DNA from: Ostrea edulis
Lineage: Eukaryota
Assembly: GCF_947568905.1 (NCBI RefSeq)
Contig: NC_079165.1
Location: forward strand, 88,164,001-88,228,000
Length of the DNA stretch: 64,000 nucleotides
Direction of reading: 5' to 3'
The translations under genes and the position numbers were made by a program. Positions 13,193 through 26,765 of this stretch are shown here, piece after piece. The notes beneath the pieces are model-generated. The model ran no database searches, had not been told where the DNA came from, and saw nothing but the letters and a program-made list of their open reading frames with translations. Within the stretch, counting starts at the first letter, position 1. Each line of letters opens with the position of its first letter.

Positions 13193-13670
13193 AGGTATCA
13201 CACCGGTAATTACTTTCACTATATATTACTATATATAGAGGTAAAAAAAAAAATCATTAAAAATCAGTTTACAGAATTGATGCCGAATAACGCAGTCAAA
13301 TGTTCTACGACACCTTCTCGTCTGCCGACACCAGAAAAACAACACTCTACGCGGCATTTTCGAAGAAATTTTTTTTACCCGCAAACAAGACTACCCTCAA
13401 ATCCACGTGTTTTTCACATGTGTCTAAACAGCCGGAGTGCACCTCAGGAAGTAGCCTCAGCTACCAACATCAAATAGTTCCTTTGTATACACTTGGTTAT
13501 TTCTGCAAATTACACAAAGTTTCCTAATCAGGGGTACAAAAATTAAAAGAAAAGAAGAGGAAATGAGAAAAATCGCGCATGAAAAAATATTCTTTTAAAT
13601 ATATGGAATTACATTTGACTAAGTTCATTTTGATTGGACAATTGATTGGACAATTACCGGTGTGGCACCT
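13193..13670. mobile_element. Kolobok-like MITE (478 bp) inserted in the minisatellite
   Basis: TIRs AGGTATCACACCGGTAATT / AATTACCGGTGTGGCACCT; degenerate TTAA-type TSD (TTCA / TGCA) at the TTAA position of the repeat unit. Confidence 0.6.
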
Positions 13671-15089
13671 TGCAAAAAATCTTATCGGTATAGAAGTTAG
13701 CACCTTGAACCCGATTCTCATAACCTTAAAAAATCTTATCGGTATAGAACTTAACACCTCGAACCCGACTATTTACATCTTCTTTTCCAAGAATTTTCCT
13801 GCAATCTTCCATGAAATGCAGGGACACATAATTCAAACTAGCGTTGTCTTAGTGCAATGAGTGAACATACAGCAACCGAACTACATGTATGTAGGAGATG
13901 GATACAAAGTTCGTGGTTACGATAATCAAGCAATATCTCCATGACAACATTACTTCACGCGCTAGTTACCGTCGACAAACCACTAGGTGTGCTGAAACTG
14001 GTCGAGACAGGAGACATATTCGCCTATTAACTTAGAAACCTTCTCACAGAATCTCATTTTTTTTTATTTTTTTTTATTTTTTTTTAGATATTCGTTCCAC
14101 ATTTGAATCTTGGTGTCCAGGTTTAACTGTTGGTATGGAAACTTCCACACTCAGAAGAAAATATTCATATACGTGACACTGGCAGGTATTTCGCATATTC
14201 GAAAGAAAATAAACCAATAATATACAAACATGAAAAAACCAAAATGACCGTTGATTTTTACCTTTTGCTCCACATCTGTGTTAGTTCTCTGTGCATTTAT
14301 ACCTTCTTATGGTACATTCAGATTAAATAAGAGTAAAGGTAGAATTGTCCTGCTTAAGAATCCCCTCTTTAGTGAATTCTAAAAGTAGTAATGGAATATA
14401 AAGATCCGGTTGTGACCTTATACAGTAGATTGTATCTTACATTTTGTAGATCCCTTCTAACGAGGACACTTACTAACTTAATAACAGTATGTATTCGCAG
14501 CGTTAAGTAGCAGTCTACGATCTGCTCCTGAAAGGTCAAGTATTCCTAAGTTTAATGTGCTTTCTAGCATGGTTCTTCTTCTTGTTTGTGTAAATTGTTA
14601 GACACAGTAATCTTCCTGGTTCATTATATATATTATGTCACAAAACCATTTGTAGTTGTTTCCAGCATGTCCACTGGTCATTTGCAAACACGCCAAGTTA
14701 CCTTTGGGCGGGTGGATCCAATTGGTAATTTGATTGTAGCCTTTGGTGGGTTGTTACCTACCCCCCCCCCCCTTTTTTTTAAGGACAGACAGCTATTTTT
14801 ATGGCATTTTATATATTTTGATTCCTATTATCAATATTTTGTATCTTCCTGGAGTAGGGGGGGGGGGGGGGTTCAACTTGCAAACCATGATGCCATATTG
14901 ATATGTTTAATGTTTACTAGTCTCCTGACCCCCTATATATATTTTTTTAGTATTTTGTATATACAACTGCATATTTTTTATTGCGTCATTTACATAATGA
15001 ATGGAAAGTTTCAATTCAAATGATGTTGGGATTTGCCTGCCAAAAACAAAGCAAAGTCTCCTTGGCAATGTTTCTAACGTCGGAACATA

Positions 15090-15200
15090 AATACTGTTTT
15101 ATAGTATAAATAGCAGATGTACATACAATACTGTTTTATAGTATAAATAGCAGATGTACATACAATACTGTTTTATAGTATAAATGGCAGATGTACATAC
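15090..15200. repeat. 37-bp tandem repeat x3
   Basis: AATACTGTTTTATAGTATAAATAGCAGATGTACATAC repeated. Confidence 0.9.
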
Positions 15201-15246
15201 ATTTTACCATGATATACATAAAGACATCTTTCAACTAGCTTTTGAT

Positions 15247-15517
15247 TAAGGGTCTTTACACCGGTACATTACACATTGAAGAGTTCTAATATAAGGGTCT
15301 TTACACCGGTACATTACACATTGAAGAGTTCTAATATAAGGGTCTTTACACCGGTACATTACACATTGAAGAATTCTAATATAAGGGTCTTTACACCGGT
15401 ACATTACACATTGAAGAGTTCTAATATAAGGGTCTTTACACCGGTACATTACACATTGAAGAGTTCTAATATAAGGGTCTTTACACCGGTACATTACACA
15501 TTGAAGAGTTCTAATAT
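15247..15517. repeat. 45-bp tandem repeat x6
   Basis: TAAGGGTCTTTACACCGGTACATTACACATTGAAGAGTTCTAATA repeated; explains the 15-aa periodic ORFs. Confidence 0.95.
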
Positions 15518-15694
15518 TTTGGGGTACTTTTTCACTACGAGTTAATCAAGAGATAATTGTGCTTTACTGAATGATCTACGAAATATTTAACCTCTTACTA
15601 AGTCGGACATGTACCTGTATGTGGTGTTCTCACAAACTAGGTAAGTGTTTACTTTTATTGTATTGCATTAAAAGAAACCATCAGAATCTCGATA

Positions 15695-15880
15695 GAATAT
15701 TGGAATAAATACTATGGATAATCACTGTACACATGGAATAGATACTATGGATAATCTCTTTACACATGGAATAGATACTATGGATAATCTCTTTACACAT
15801 GGAATAAATACTATGGATAATCTCTTTACACATGGAATAAATACTATGGATAATCTCTTTACACATGGAATGAATACTAA
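15695..15880. repeat. 33-bp tandem repeat, about 5.5 copies
   Basis: AATACTATGGATAATCTCTTTACACATGGAATA repeated. Confidence 0.93.
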
Positions 15881-16092
15881 GCTCGGCGCTTACGAACTTT
15901 GAGCAGGAAGGAATCTTTATCGTGTCATACCTGCAGTGACATAGGGCCTCGGTTTTTAAGGTGATTTCACTTAACATAAGTGATGTCATTTATTGTTTAT
16001 TGACCAAAGGATCCCTGTGGCTCATCCGAAGGACCGCCCCATTTACTCGCCTGCTACGACAAGCAAGGGGTACTGACCCGGATCCCCACGGA
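15880..16092 (+). mobile_element. Probable 3' part of a SINE
   Basis: GC-rich segment (CCTCGGTTTTTAAGG...CATCCGAAGGACCGCCCC...CTACGACAAGCAAGGGG) with partial similarity to the SINE bodies at 21.1 and 34.6 kb. Confidence 0.4.
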
Positions 16093-17884
16093 AACAGTAA
16101 AAAGTGAACGTTTTAAATATATACACAGTTGCATGTATATTGCATACAGATTAAAACATGAAATTTGTAGCTGGCAGAATTCCATAAGTTCAGAAGACGA
16201 CTAAATCTTTGAAACTACTCTATATTTTCAAACTCAAGGTAAATCGTGGTCTCTTGTTTAGAAAAATGTAAACGATAAAAGAATCAATAATCCCCCCCCC
16301 CCCCCCCCACTCTAAGAGCAGTAAATGACAAAAATTTTTGATTTATTGAATTACTTTTATTGGGCAAACTTTCATTTTCCCCCCAAAACCTTTAAAATAT
16401 GCTTCATCTTATTGATTTCCCTCTATCAAAAATGACAAAAGTAGTAAAAATGACTACATAGGAGACATATTTCAAGCCCTATAATTTCCATAAAATCGCT
16501 TCGCTCTGGACCCACTGTGGGCCTCAACGCGGCCCCAGACCAAGTTGTGCCCCTAACCGCAATTCCTGGATCCGCCCCTGATAGTGAGGGAAATATGAAG
16601 ATTTATTCACCCCAGAAAAATCATATTCCCCGAAGGCAACGCTCGAGGGAAATACGCTTTTTCTCTTGGGTGAATAAATCTTCATTATCTCCTAAACATT
16701 CATGCAATAAATTGTGTATTATACCGAAACAATGCAAGACTACACAAATGCAATAGACATTGCGGGAAAAAAATCCTGGATTCCCTTATTCATATGTAGC
16801 TGAGCTCGCCTTAATGGCACATGTAACATTGCGCCGTCGACTTATTAGAGTGTACAAGAAACGGAATAATTTATATGTTAACCATTTTTTGTTTCATTTC
16901 TTCTCGAATTCGGATTACGAGTAGACTCCCGTGCAAAACTGTGGCGTTAAAACCGCTGGTATATGGCGATCATTTTTATTTCACTTGTAAAAGTCGGCAA
17001 AAGGTTTTGTATAAATTAACTGAATTTTGAAAATTTACTTTAGATCTAAAACTCATCAAGACTGTTTTTGAGGATTGGCGTGATATCTGTTACGAGTGTT
17101 CGTGGTATTTTCTTTTGAGGATTGGCGTGATATCTGTTACGAGTGTTCGTGGTATTTTCGGGAAAGGAAATCTTGTCTTTGTTTGGGTGGTTGTCATTAA
17201 GAAATGAATCTTATAATCCTTTTCTTGATGGCGGCATCAAAGGGAATATAGGACGGAAAACTTCATCAATGCGCTTAAAAAGTTTTCCGTCCAATTTCCC
17301 CTTTGATACCGCCACCAAGAAAAGAATTGTAAGATTAATTTCTTATCATTTAATTATGTTTTTGAATAGCATAATCATTAGTTTCTCACATCAAAAAGCT
17401 TTAATTAACGTTTTTGAAATGGCGCGTAGAAATACATGTACGTAACACACTAATATGTGTTAAAGTCAGGTAGAGTTACTGGGCAGAATTAAATGGATTT
17501 TAACGCCAAATTAGAGGTGCACTGGTTAAAATATGAATTATATATGAAGGAAGAGGACAAGCGGTGACTTGATGTATGCTGCATTGTGTTAGATAGGAAA
17601 CACATTGAACACTGTCCAGAGTCGTAGGAACGGTGGAATGCAACTAGTGGAATTTTTTAAATGCAAAAATCAAACGAATTTTTCAGCCAATCAAAAAATG
17701 CAGTAATTTTATCAAGACAATAATATTAAATGATTCAGAAATCAAATTCAGAAAGCGAACAAAAGGGTCGGTGGAATCGTTCAAATATAACTTTTGGATG
17801 CAGTATTGGGAAAAAGTAGCTGTCATAAAGGGTGCTCCGGTTTCTTATTTGTTTATGATTTCTGCAGAGCTCGTCCGATGGATT

Positions 17885-20600
17885 TGATTGTGTTGATATT
17901 GTATTGTGTTGTTTATTGGCTTTAAACCTTACCGTTCATCACCATAATATATATTCAATTACAAAGTATAAACAAAAAAGCTGTATACAATATGAAAAGT
18001 GGAGTGAATATTAGAGGATGGACATACATGAAGAGAGTTATAATTCAAGTTTACATAAAAAACAAAAAACAGCATATACATTAGATGATAAATTGACTAG
18101 ATCGTAAGAGTAAAGCACTTTTTAAAAATTTACCCAGATTACAGAGTTGGTTTTTATTATGAATTGACATCAGTTGTACCAGTTTAAACATAGAATCATG
18201 CGACCAATAATACTTTTTTATATATGCAGATCTGAGGTTTTTGTACAAAAGACATATTAAAATAAAATGATATTCATCCTCAATTTCGTTCAAATTACAA
18301 AATTCACACAATCGATCTTGTCTTGCTGTGCCATTATATCTACCTTGTTCAATTCTAAGCTGGTGAGCAGACAATCTAAATTTTGTTAAAAGATTAATAA
18401 AATTTTCCGGAATAGATTTTGTCAAGTAAATTTGATTGTAACATTATCAATAAGGTGTTTATACAGAATACATTTGGGTGAATTATAAAAAAAATCATCT
18501 CGTGACTGCATTAAGTTGTCAGTTAAATGCTATTTGAGACATTCTAGAAATAAAACTTCAGTGGTTAAACCATACATCACCAAATCCGGTGGTCGGGCTT
18601 ATTTTAACAGCCCAAACCAGATAATAATAAATGCTTAACTTGGCAACGCCAATTACAGTTCTTGTGATGGCAAATTAACATGTCATCATATTTTAGTTTT
18701 TATAACTTTCAACCAATATTTAACAATTTTTATCATACGTAAATTATACATTGGCACACGACCAAGTTCCCCGTAAACCATATAATTTGGAGTGCACTTC
18801 TTTACATGTACAATTCGCTTACAAAAGTCTACATGCACCTTTTCAACATCGTTACCTGGATTAAAACCCCAAACACTACCATAATTCAAAACGCTTGAAA
18901 CATAAGTATAAAATACATGAAGTTTAGTTACAATATTCAGTGACAGATTATCACAAATTCGAAGAATATGGTACACACATTTTATACCCTGCTCGGCGAT
19001 AATTCACGAAGATTTTATAAATTTACCATTAAAATTTAAAGTAAGGCCAAGATAATTACAGCGGTCAACAACTTCTAGTTTGCTACCATTGTACAACCAT
19101 TTGCTGGCGGCATTTATTTTCCCTCCGTTACGAAAGACAAGAACTTTTGGTTTTTTGAACGTTAACCTTTAGGTCCCATTCGTTACAATAAACTGATAAA
19201 GTATTTAACATGCTTTGTAACCTTGTGGCTGATACAGAAAAAAAGTACAGTATCATCAGCGTACATTAGCAAAAACAGTTATATATCTTTTTAAAAAGTA
19301 ATTCCATCACAAAGGCTACTAATAAATGCATTCTCAAAATCATTCACACAGAGAGAGAGAACAAAAAGGGGGACAACCTCTCACCTTGCATTAATCCGTT
19401 TGTACATGAGAAGAAGTTCGATAATTCGGATTGAAATCTTACACAGGATTTTAAGTTACTATACAGTGATTTGATAATTGTAAGCAGTTTACCAGTGATG
19501 CCACAGCGTGATAATTTAGATAATAACTTGTTTCGATTAACATTATCGAAAGCCTTTTGATAATCAACAAAACAGCAAAATAACTTATTTTTGCGTGATA
19601 ACGCTCTACTAATGACACTTTGTAATGCAAATATAGCGTCTGTAGTGCCAAAACCTGGTTTGAAACCAAACTGGGCATCTGACACAAAATTATTCCCACT
19701 TTAGCAACCTATCATTTAGAACAGATAAATATTTTTGCTAACCAACTCACCAGAGTTATGCCTCTATAGTTATTAGTGTCGTTAGCATTTCCTTTCTTAA
19801 AAGATGGGGAAATAATTTCCTCAGACCAACACGTTGGAAATGTGCCTTGATTAAAGATAATATTGAATAGACGTGACAGCAATGGAGTAAAAATAACTCG
19901 AAATTTACAAAAGTATTCATTTAACGAGTTATCAATGCCTGGTGATTTACCAGCTTTCGTTTTCTTTAATACATTACAAACTTCATCACATGATATTGGA
20001 ACATCTAGCTCTTCGAAAATGCAACTTTGAGCTCGGTCCACATCTGTATTATTGTTATCTCCATCATTGTTACAGACAGACTTGAAATGCTCAAAAAAAT
20101 TATTCAAAGACAACTCTGTAGGTGGAGACCGTGAATTCTTCTTAAAGGCTTTGTAAAATTGCTTAGGATTATTCTTACGTAACAGACTCAATCAGTTCCC
20201 CTCTGACCTTAAATACTTACGTCTGACCTGTCGTTCATAACGTTTGTATTCACCTTTAGCTTCAACCAGATTACATCTATTTTTCGGGCTACGCTCAGAA
20301 TTAAAGATGCACATAAAATGTCGATAAGTGTTGTACAAGTGTTAAAATTTTTTGTCAAACCAAGGTTTATCCTTGCCAGTAGGACTTTTCTTATTAGGTG
20401 ATTTTTTTTTTACAACATGGGACATTTCTGGAACAAGGTTGGTATGAGCCCCAGAATCTGGATCACAGAATAATTTTACGTGTTTTAATTAACAATGTAC
20501 CTGTGTGTGTTGACACTATTGTATCACGATTTGTGTATATCATTGACTCTAGCAGGTTTAATAGCTCCTTGTGTCGAGCTAGTACAACTTTGTACATGAG
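17885..20600 (-). mobile_element. Decayed LINE ORF2 (same broad type as 1675-4500) with 3' tail
   Basis: DKPWF, KSPGID, NYRGITLVS, QFGFKPGFGTTDAIF, FVDYQKAFD, GLMQGERLSPFLF, YADD, KFRLSAHQLRIEQGRY...RLCEFC..IEDEYHFILIC; AATAAA and (CAATA)-like tail near 17885-17915. Confidence 0.92.
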
Positions 20601-20621
20601 AGGCCGTTCTTTACACACAGA

Positions 20622-20824
20622 TATCGACTACGGATTACTCCTTTTACGCGATCGAGATATTGGGTTCACGGCGAATGTGACCGGTCAACAGGGAATGTTT
20701 ACTCCTCCTAGGCACCTGATCCCACCTCTGGTGTGTCCAGGGGTCCGTGTTTGCCCAACTCTCTATTTTGCATTGCTTATAGAGTTATGGGATTGATCAC
20801 TGTTCGTTATCTTCGCCTTTTCAT
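20622..20824 (+). mobile_element. Penelope-like element 3' fragment (family A)
   Basis: Same sequence as the 3' ends of the RT-bearing copies at 33575-34130 and 54395-55110. Confidence 0.75.
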
Positions 20825-21024
20825 TTAAAATATATCAAACCATGAGCGAAGGACGTAGAAATACGAGGATTTTGATTAAAGGTATCATGACCTGGTGAAA
20901 TCACCCCTATTACTTTCATACTGAAGCGTTTCAGTGTTTTGTTTTTTAGGAGGCAGTGGACCCACAAAAGAATATCCAAATCCCTTGTCTGCAGAAGGAT
21001 CAGGGAACAAGTACACTGGATTGA

Positions 21025-21367
21025 TTGATTGACTGATTATTTTACGTCTCGTCGAGAAGTTTTCATTCATATTGAGACGTCACCAGCTGTAGGTGAAGTA
21101 CCACAAATTTAGACCTATGCTTAGTGCTCAGGGATGTAGCAGTGAGAGTTTTTAATCGTGCAAACGCCTGCTACGACACGGGATCTCCGTTTTTAAAGGT
21201 CATATCCGAAAGACTCGTGATTCTCACTTCTAGCGTTTGGCGAAGAAGCAATCACTTACCTACTTTAACATCTTCTGTTTGACGCAGCCATGACACGAGC
21301 GGGGCTCGAACTCACGACCTCCCGGTTACGAAGCGTACGCTCTACCACAGAGGTACCGCGACCGGTC
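21025..21367 (-). mobile_element. tRNA-derived SINE
   Basis: Minus strand head GACCGGTCGCGG...TGGTAGAGCG (A box)...GAGTTCGAGCCC (B box), shared body, (CAAT)n tail; homologous to 34458-34779. Confidence 0.8.
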
Positions 21368-21714
21368 CAAGTACACTAGAACTCAGTGGAGGAAAAAACA
21401 AAGACTACATGTTGGTTAGGGAAATTTTGATTTCGTGATTTTGATCTTGTCATTGTTAACTTATCATACTCACAATAATTTGATTATATTCATCAAAATT
21501 ATCACATTATATATCAACATACTTGCAAAAAGAAAAAGGACATTGCACATTTATGTAGGGTGTATACAATTCTATATTGAATGAACAATAGGTATATATT
21601 ATGCAATGAGCATATAAAGTTTGAATGGGCATTTAGCATAGGGAATCTGTTAGTTGTAAATACTCAAAGATCTTGTTCACAGAGTAAAATTCGAATTGTA
21701 CATGGGTTACCTTA

Positions 21715-21796
21715 CAGACGTGTTTGCCCAACTCTCTATTTTGTATTGCTTATAGGAGTTATGAAATTGATCACTGTTCGTTATCTTCACTTTTCA
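21715..21796 (+). mobile_element. Penelope-like 3' tip (family A)
   Basis: CGTGTTTGCCCAACTCTC...TTCGTTATCTTCAC. Confidence 0.7.
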
Positions 21797-22543
21797 TGCA
21801 ATAATTCAAAAATGCATTCATCGACTGATATGATTTGAACAGCCCTAACGCATGATTAAAAAGAGAATAACAGGATCGAAATTTTTGAAAATCTGAAATT
21901 GTACAAACATTGAACACGTACAGTCAGATGATACAATTATTATAATATGATTCTTTTAAACCATTATAGATCTAGACTGGATTTTAAGTAAATGAAAATT
22001 AAAATCACCAAAATGACGGATCTGTAACCTCAGAGTCAGATGGACAAATAAATAAGGTCGTTCATTAACCACATTGATCAGTTGGCATATAAGTAAACTT
22101 TTTAAGTGAGTAAACATTCTGCTGATGTTAACCCACTTTGACTTCCATTATAGTTCACTATGAAATCAATTACAAAATGTCGATTTCAGAAGCATTAGGA
22201 ATGAAGGGAAAATCAGGAACAATTCATTGAACACAAGAGTCTTTCGTAGTGTAAACTACAAGGCCACTCCATGGTGCATCTGTAATCGGTGTGTGATTTT
22301 TTCCTCTTTTCAGAGGAAATCCTCTGATTGGTTCAATTTTCGAAAGAAAAAAAGAAACACTCTGGATTTGATCTAAAGTGAAGAAAATGATAATTTCCCT
22401 GGTAGGGTGAGGCGTTTTCCTTCCTTTTTGACCAGGTTTCCTCCGATTTCTGAGGAATTCTGTCACAGCCCTGCAGTTTAACAAGAAGCCGACCCTGTAT
22501 AAATTATGTAGTAATCACAGCCCCTGTTAAGTTTGAACTTACC

Positions 22544-22621
22544 CAATCTCTACCCAGAGTTGTCGATTCTTGCTCTCACATATATGTGAGTGTAAGGAAT
22601 GATAACTCTGGGTAGAGATTG
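22544..22621. mobile_element. 78-bp hairpin MITE with 9-bp TSD (MULE-type)
   Basis: Almost fully palindromic CAATCTCTACCCAGAG...CTCTGGGTAGAGATTG; GAACTTACC on both flanks (22535-22543, 22622-22630). Confidence 0.8.
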
Positions 22622-25600
22622 GAACTTACCATTTACTTTTCTAAGATAAAGTCAGTCTTAATTAATTTGAACAAGCTTCCTCCATTTTCGTAGCAACCTT
22701 TGGACATTTAACCTGTAGTATGCCGTGTTCCTTGCCTTCACCTACATGTAATTTGGCATTTAGTGTCGCAGCTGGAATAAGATGAAAATAATACCATACC
22801 CGTGGATGTGGTTGTCGGTGACAGGTTTTAAGAGGACATTTTTCTCTAGCTAATTTCTCCCTATTTAATACATAATCAGTCGCTGCAGTTGAAAAATAAG
22901 AGATTTCAACACAGTATTGGTTGGGACCTTTTTTCGGTTGGAACCTTCTTTTTCACAACTATGTGTTTCTTTGATGCTGTGTTTCTCTTATCCAGTCGGG
23001 TTGAGGTTTGTTCTTAAATCGCTAATGCTTTTCGCACGGTTAATGCGTATTATGACAATATACAGTTGTACCATGGGGCCAGTCTCAGTCTTGAGACTAG
23101 AGTAAAAGAAGCATCACCACAACTCGTATTGTAGCTCTTTACAGTTCCTCTCCTATGCACGCTTTCTGCTTGCAATTTGATACATTGCAATTTTATGATC
23201 TTCTAGAACTGAATTATAAATGAAAGGAAAGTTATTGTACATTGGTATATAGGTCACATTTAACATGAAAAAAAAAGAAGAAAAATGACCCTTATTTTTT
23301 ATCAAAATTTTTATCATCGCCCCTCCCCTATTAAATTGTCATCAGTAGCAGATATGAGAAGCTTGCAACAACCAGCTGAACTGCAGCGGCAAAACTTAAA
23401 TCAACAGTCTATATACATGTATCAGTTTTTAACACAAAATGTGCAACAATCTATATTTATGAATTAATGGGGTTTATCCAATATGGATAAACCTGGTTAT
23501 TTCGTGCAGGTCCGTTTACTAGTTCTTGCTTAATGTCCAAAGATCGATAACTCTTCCCAAGTGTGTTTAGTGGTAATTTGTTCGAGCTTGGCGTTTAAAA
23601 TTACACGCATTTACATCTGAGCATGTCAACTGGGTTTCTTTCTTTTTATTTTGTCATTCAGAGAGCAGACGAAAAATAAATCCAACCCACCCTCTCCCCC
23701 TCGCATATGTTTTGCTTTAATTTCTCTTTTCAGCGTCATGGCTAGGATGGTATGCAGATTTTGCCACATCAGCGTATCGGAAGCGTGCAGAGGACATTGG
23801 GATCGTAGACTACTCATGGACATTGGTTTCTGATCAGGAGTGGCATAATTTGGCCATAATTTGCCGTCTCCAGGAGGTACTGGTTTTTTCCAGCACCCCT
23901 CCCCTGCCCAAGATGGTACCTCTATGCTTAATTTATATGCTGCCATTTGTTCATCGGCGCATTTTTGTATTTTCTGTGATATATCTATTAAATGGTCATG
24001 ACAAGCACGCCAAACATAAATTCACTTAATGAATTCACTAATGTCCTTATATTAAACCCAATTTGCATTCTGTTCTATGCTGTTTGTCGTCGTTTATGTT
24101 AAAGGTGTCGCGAAATAATACCTTTGCCAATAAACTCTGAAACGCTTGCTCCAGAGTGACTGCTTGCACCTTTGATATTGTTTCATATGTGAGGTGAAGT
24201 TTGTAAGCTACAAGTAAAGCTTTTTAAAAAAGTTTGCCGTCTTTAGCAGCAACTCTATAAAGCGAAGTTGAATTATGTCCCTTGTCTTCATTATTGAATT
24301 GAGCTAAAATAAATAATCTCACGGACATCATACCTACAAAGCTGTGTCCTGACTCCCATTGTAAAAGTTTGTATTTATGAAGGGTATATGTACTGGAAAT
24401 CAAAATCACTGTTCCCTGTATTAGCACTGATTAAAGCCTCTATATCAAATGAAACTGAGATTTTCAGTGTGTATATCAAAATATTTATTTTTTAACAAAG
24501 TTATGAAACAAAACAAACTAAAAAGATTTAAAATGCTCAAATTTGCATAAAAATTATTCTTGCATATTGTATAGTACAACTGCTTTAGAAATTAACCAGG
24601 ATAAAAACCTGAGAATATTGTAATAGTTTTGCCAAAAATAATATCATAAAATACATAGAGTTTGATGGAAAAGATTAATAATTGTTATTCAAATTTGAGC
24701 AATTGTAAGGAAAAATATATTCTGAAGGAATAGGATAGTTTTAGAACAGATATGTTGAAAAAAAAAACAAAAAACTTTAAGTTTACCTGATACAGACAGC
24801 CTAAACTTACAGCAGGGGTAATTTTAAGCAACATAATATGTAATTAAATGTTACTATCCTATTCCTTCTTAAGATTAGCAAAGTTATCAAATGCCACTGA
24901 TAATACAAACAAAAATGGTTGCATTGGAATCTCTGATTGTCAATTAAAATTATCCCAAAACACAAGCAATCAAAACAAAAAACGGCGAGTTTTTCTGTTT
25001 GTATGCAAAAATGAAAACATTGCTGTAAATGAAGTAACCATAGGAATGCTTTGTATTGGTTGCTTTTAAAAAAGTAATGTGTCAATTTCATGAATTGCAT
25101 TTTTCTTTTGTTCGTTTTGTCGATTTTTTTAACATTGAAAATCTTGAAAAATTGTTAAGTCGTACGAAAATTAGAACACCAGAAAATTATCTCCCTTGCC
25201 TTGAAGAGCATTTCAACCAATGAAATAATTGAAAATTTTCACTTCATGCACTTTCTACCAATGAAAAAAGAGAGGAAGTGCTAAGTCCGAAGACTGTAAA
25301 ACACTTCATCTCTGTATACCGTCTTCCAAGGAAGACGGTAATAATAGAATCTTACTTGATTAGTGAATATAGTAAAATTGATTAAAAACCTACTTTCGTT
25401 TTCGTAAAGCTACCATGAAATAGCAAAAATGAGGGTAAAGTGGTGGACACGCTTTGGCGGATATAAGCCAGTCTACAACTACGATAATACGATATGAAGA
25501 AAATACATTGTTTATCGATGCTTGATTTTGATCTTACAGAAGAAATAAGTTTTGATAATTGTTGAAAATATTGAATATGCCTGTTCGTTTTTTCAATCCA

Positions 25601-25814
25601 TGATTTTAGTCTTCTAATCAGCCGTATGGAAAATTTCAGAACAAAGAGCCCAGAACGAGGCAACATTATAAATATTCTTGGGCCTTTCTGGCAAGCCGAA
25701 AAACAACCCGAGAAGTTGTGATTAGTTAAAAACATGAAGAGCATAGATTTGTGTAGGTGTTTAGTGTTAGTTATACTTATGATAGTTTTGACTAGGCCCA
25801 TATTCATCATTAAA

Positions 25815-26765
25815 ATGCCAGAGTGATCTGTGGATCAAACCTCTCAGAAGAGTTCAAACTGAAGGCGGGAGTAAAACAGGGATGTCTGCTGTCCCCTCTT
25901 CACATTCTACATTGACTGAATCATGCGAGAAACCACCCAAACCAAGCGGACGGGAATCAGTTGGACTTTAACAGAAATGCTGGCAGACCTAGATTTTGCA
26001 GTTGATATGGCACTGGAATCCCACCGACATTGTGACATACAAGAAAAACAACCAACCAGCTTGTAATAACAGCAGGAAAAATTGTCCTGAAAATCAATAA
26101 CACCAAAACTAAGATCATGAAGATCAACACGAAATCAAATGAACCCATCACCTTAAATGTTACTTTGTATACCTAGGAAGTAAGATCACCACAGATGGGG
26201 ACTGGAAGTCAGATGTATTGGCTCGGATTTCTAAAGCCACAGGAGCGTATGCTGCATTGGAAACATCTGGAGGTCAACAAAGATCAGCACAAACATCAAA
26301 ATTAGGCTTTTTTAGAGTAATGTGATTGTGGTCCTCCTGTATGGTGCTGAATCTTGGAAAGTAACAAACATCATCTCAAACAAGCTAGATGCCTACCAGA
26401 CCCGTTGTATTCGCAGAATACTACGCATCTTCTGGCCAAATACCATACCGAATGAAGAGCTATACCGAAGGACTACCATCACTCCTCTATCACAAGAAAT
26501 AAGAGAAAATGGCTGTGGATAGGGCACATATGTAGAAGGCACCCGAGCTTCATCTCAAGGGTTGCATTGAGATAGACACCACCCAGTAAGAGAAAGACAG
26601 TAAGACCAAAAGAGATCTGGAGGAGATCGGTAGGGAGAGAAATGAAAGATAACAACTCGACATGGGGTCAGATCCAAAGATGGACACAAGACAGACCAAC
26701 ATGGAAGTCTCTGGTGACGGCCTTATAGATGTGCTGATCAGCACGAAGAGGGTAAAGTAAGTAAT
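25815..26765 (+). mobile_element. 5'-truncated, decayed RTE-clade LINE
   Basis: GVKQGCLLSP, DLDFAxD, LKINNTKTKIMKIN, LLYGAESW...YQTRCIRRILRIFWPNTIPNEELYRRT; short (TAAG)-like tail. Confidence 0.88.

Noticed and set aside
21290-21367. tRNA gene (also 34458-34530)
   Set aside because: A/B boxes are present but there is no complete cloverleaf, and it continues into a shared repeat body; SINE head.
25382-25810. 142-aa minus-strand ORF
   Set aside because: No recognisable domain or splice context; lies among repeats.
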